A stretch of 62,202 bases of DNA, filler included, from Candidatus Fermentibacterota bacterium (GTDB taxonomy: Bacteria; JAFGKV01): NCBI GenBank assembly GCA_016928395.1. It is 8 parts of 8 records of this genome, joined end to end, with 100 filler letters (N's around TTAATTAATTAA, not from the genome) between each part and the next. Parts side by side here need not be neighbours in the genome. Positions count along the whole stretch, not along the records: positions 57,870 to 62,202 come from JAFGKV010000195.1; 7 more parts are not named here. One strand, 5' to 3'. The notes beneath the pieces are model-generated. The model made no database searches. It was not told the origin of the DNA and saw only the letters and a list, made by a program, of their open reading frames with translations. Made by a program: the position numbers and the translations under genes. The number at the start of each line of letters is the position of its first letter. Within the stretch, counting starts at the first letter, position 1. Positions 61,882-62,202 of the stretch are shown in pieces.

Positions 61882-61917
61882 TTGACAAGACGCCACACCC
61901 AAGGTAGACTTAGTCTA
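61882..61917 (+). promoter_or_regulatory. Toxin-antitoxin operon promoter with overlapping palindromic operator
   Basis: TTGACA-N17-TAGACT; the -10 box forms half of the palindrome TAGACT-T-AGTCTA. Confidence 0.68.
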
Positions 61918-61949
61918 TAATTTAGTCTTCATGTCACAGAAAGGTAGCC

Positions 61950-62189
61950 ATGCCTGCAACGCTCAACATCCACGAAGCCAAGACGCACTTCTCCAAGATC
62001 ATCGCCCGCGTTCAGCGCGGTGAGGATGTAGTCATCGCAAAGGCTGGCAAGCCTGTCGCGCGGGTGGTTCCGATCTCGAGCCCCAAGAAGCCTCGCCGCC
62101 CTGGCTCGGCCGCCGGCAAGATCACGTTCGCCGACGACTTCCTGGCGCCGCTGCCGGAGAGCGTCATCGCCGGATTCGAGGCAACGTAA
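61950..62189 (+). CDS. Type II antitoxin, Phd/YefM family
   Basis: NIHEAKTHFS...GEDVVIAKAGKPVARVVP...RRPG...DDF..PLP. Confidence 0.93.
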   Translation: MPATLNIHEAKTHFSKIIARVQRGEDVVIAKAGKPVARVVPISSPKKPRRPGSAAGKITFADDFLAPLPESVIAGFEAT

Positions 62190-62202
62190 TGAACATCCTC
62201 CT
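62189..62202 (+). CDS. Start of probable VapC/PIN toxin (truncated by window end)
   Basis: TAATG overlap with the antitoxin; begins MNIL(L), compatible with the MxxLLDT PIN start. Confidence 0.55.

Overview
The window is a concatenation of 8 contigs joined by 100-nt N/TTAATTAATTAA spacers (contigs 1-17594, 17695-22568, 22669-27890, 27991-32603, 32704-38362, 38463-46136, 46237-57769, 57870-62202), so adjacency across spacers carries no information. It is GC-rich DNA from a diderm anaerobic bacterium, judged from lipoproteins, outer-membrane barrels and Hdr-Flx. Main content: an hdrCBA-flxDCBA electron-bifurcation operon, many secreted or lipoprotein surface proteins, an IS21 element, signalling genes (diguanylate cyclase, PAS hybrid kinase), a transporter pair, toxin-antitoxin-like modules, and GTAG-REP and short tandem repeats. 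Best leads: (1) a ~100-aa C-terminal domain ending SNxVGEFD-x(4-5)-P shared by unrelated secreted proteins on three contigs, a candidate lineage-specific sorting or anchoring domain; (2) an unannotated 52-aa Cys/Ser/Thr-rich peptide with an FDLE leader upstream of a broken radical SAM/SPASM gene and two beta-propeller lipoproteins, a candidate RiPP system; (3) a four-helix-bundle gene between hdrA and flxD bracketed by complementary heptamer-repeat arms that could loop it out of the mRNA; (4) an IS21 carrying an extra Zn-finger ORF and a counter-transcribed ~70-nt small RNA; (5) a 26-bp identical AT-rich motif on two contigs. All calls come from reading the sequence; no database searches were run.
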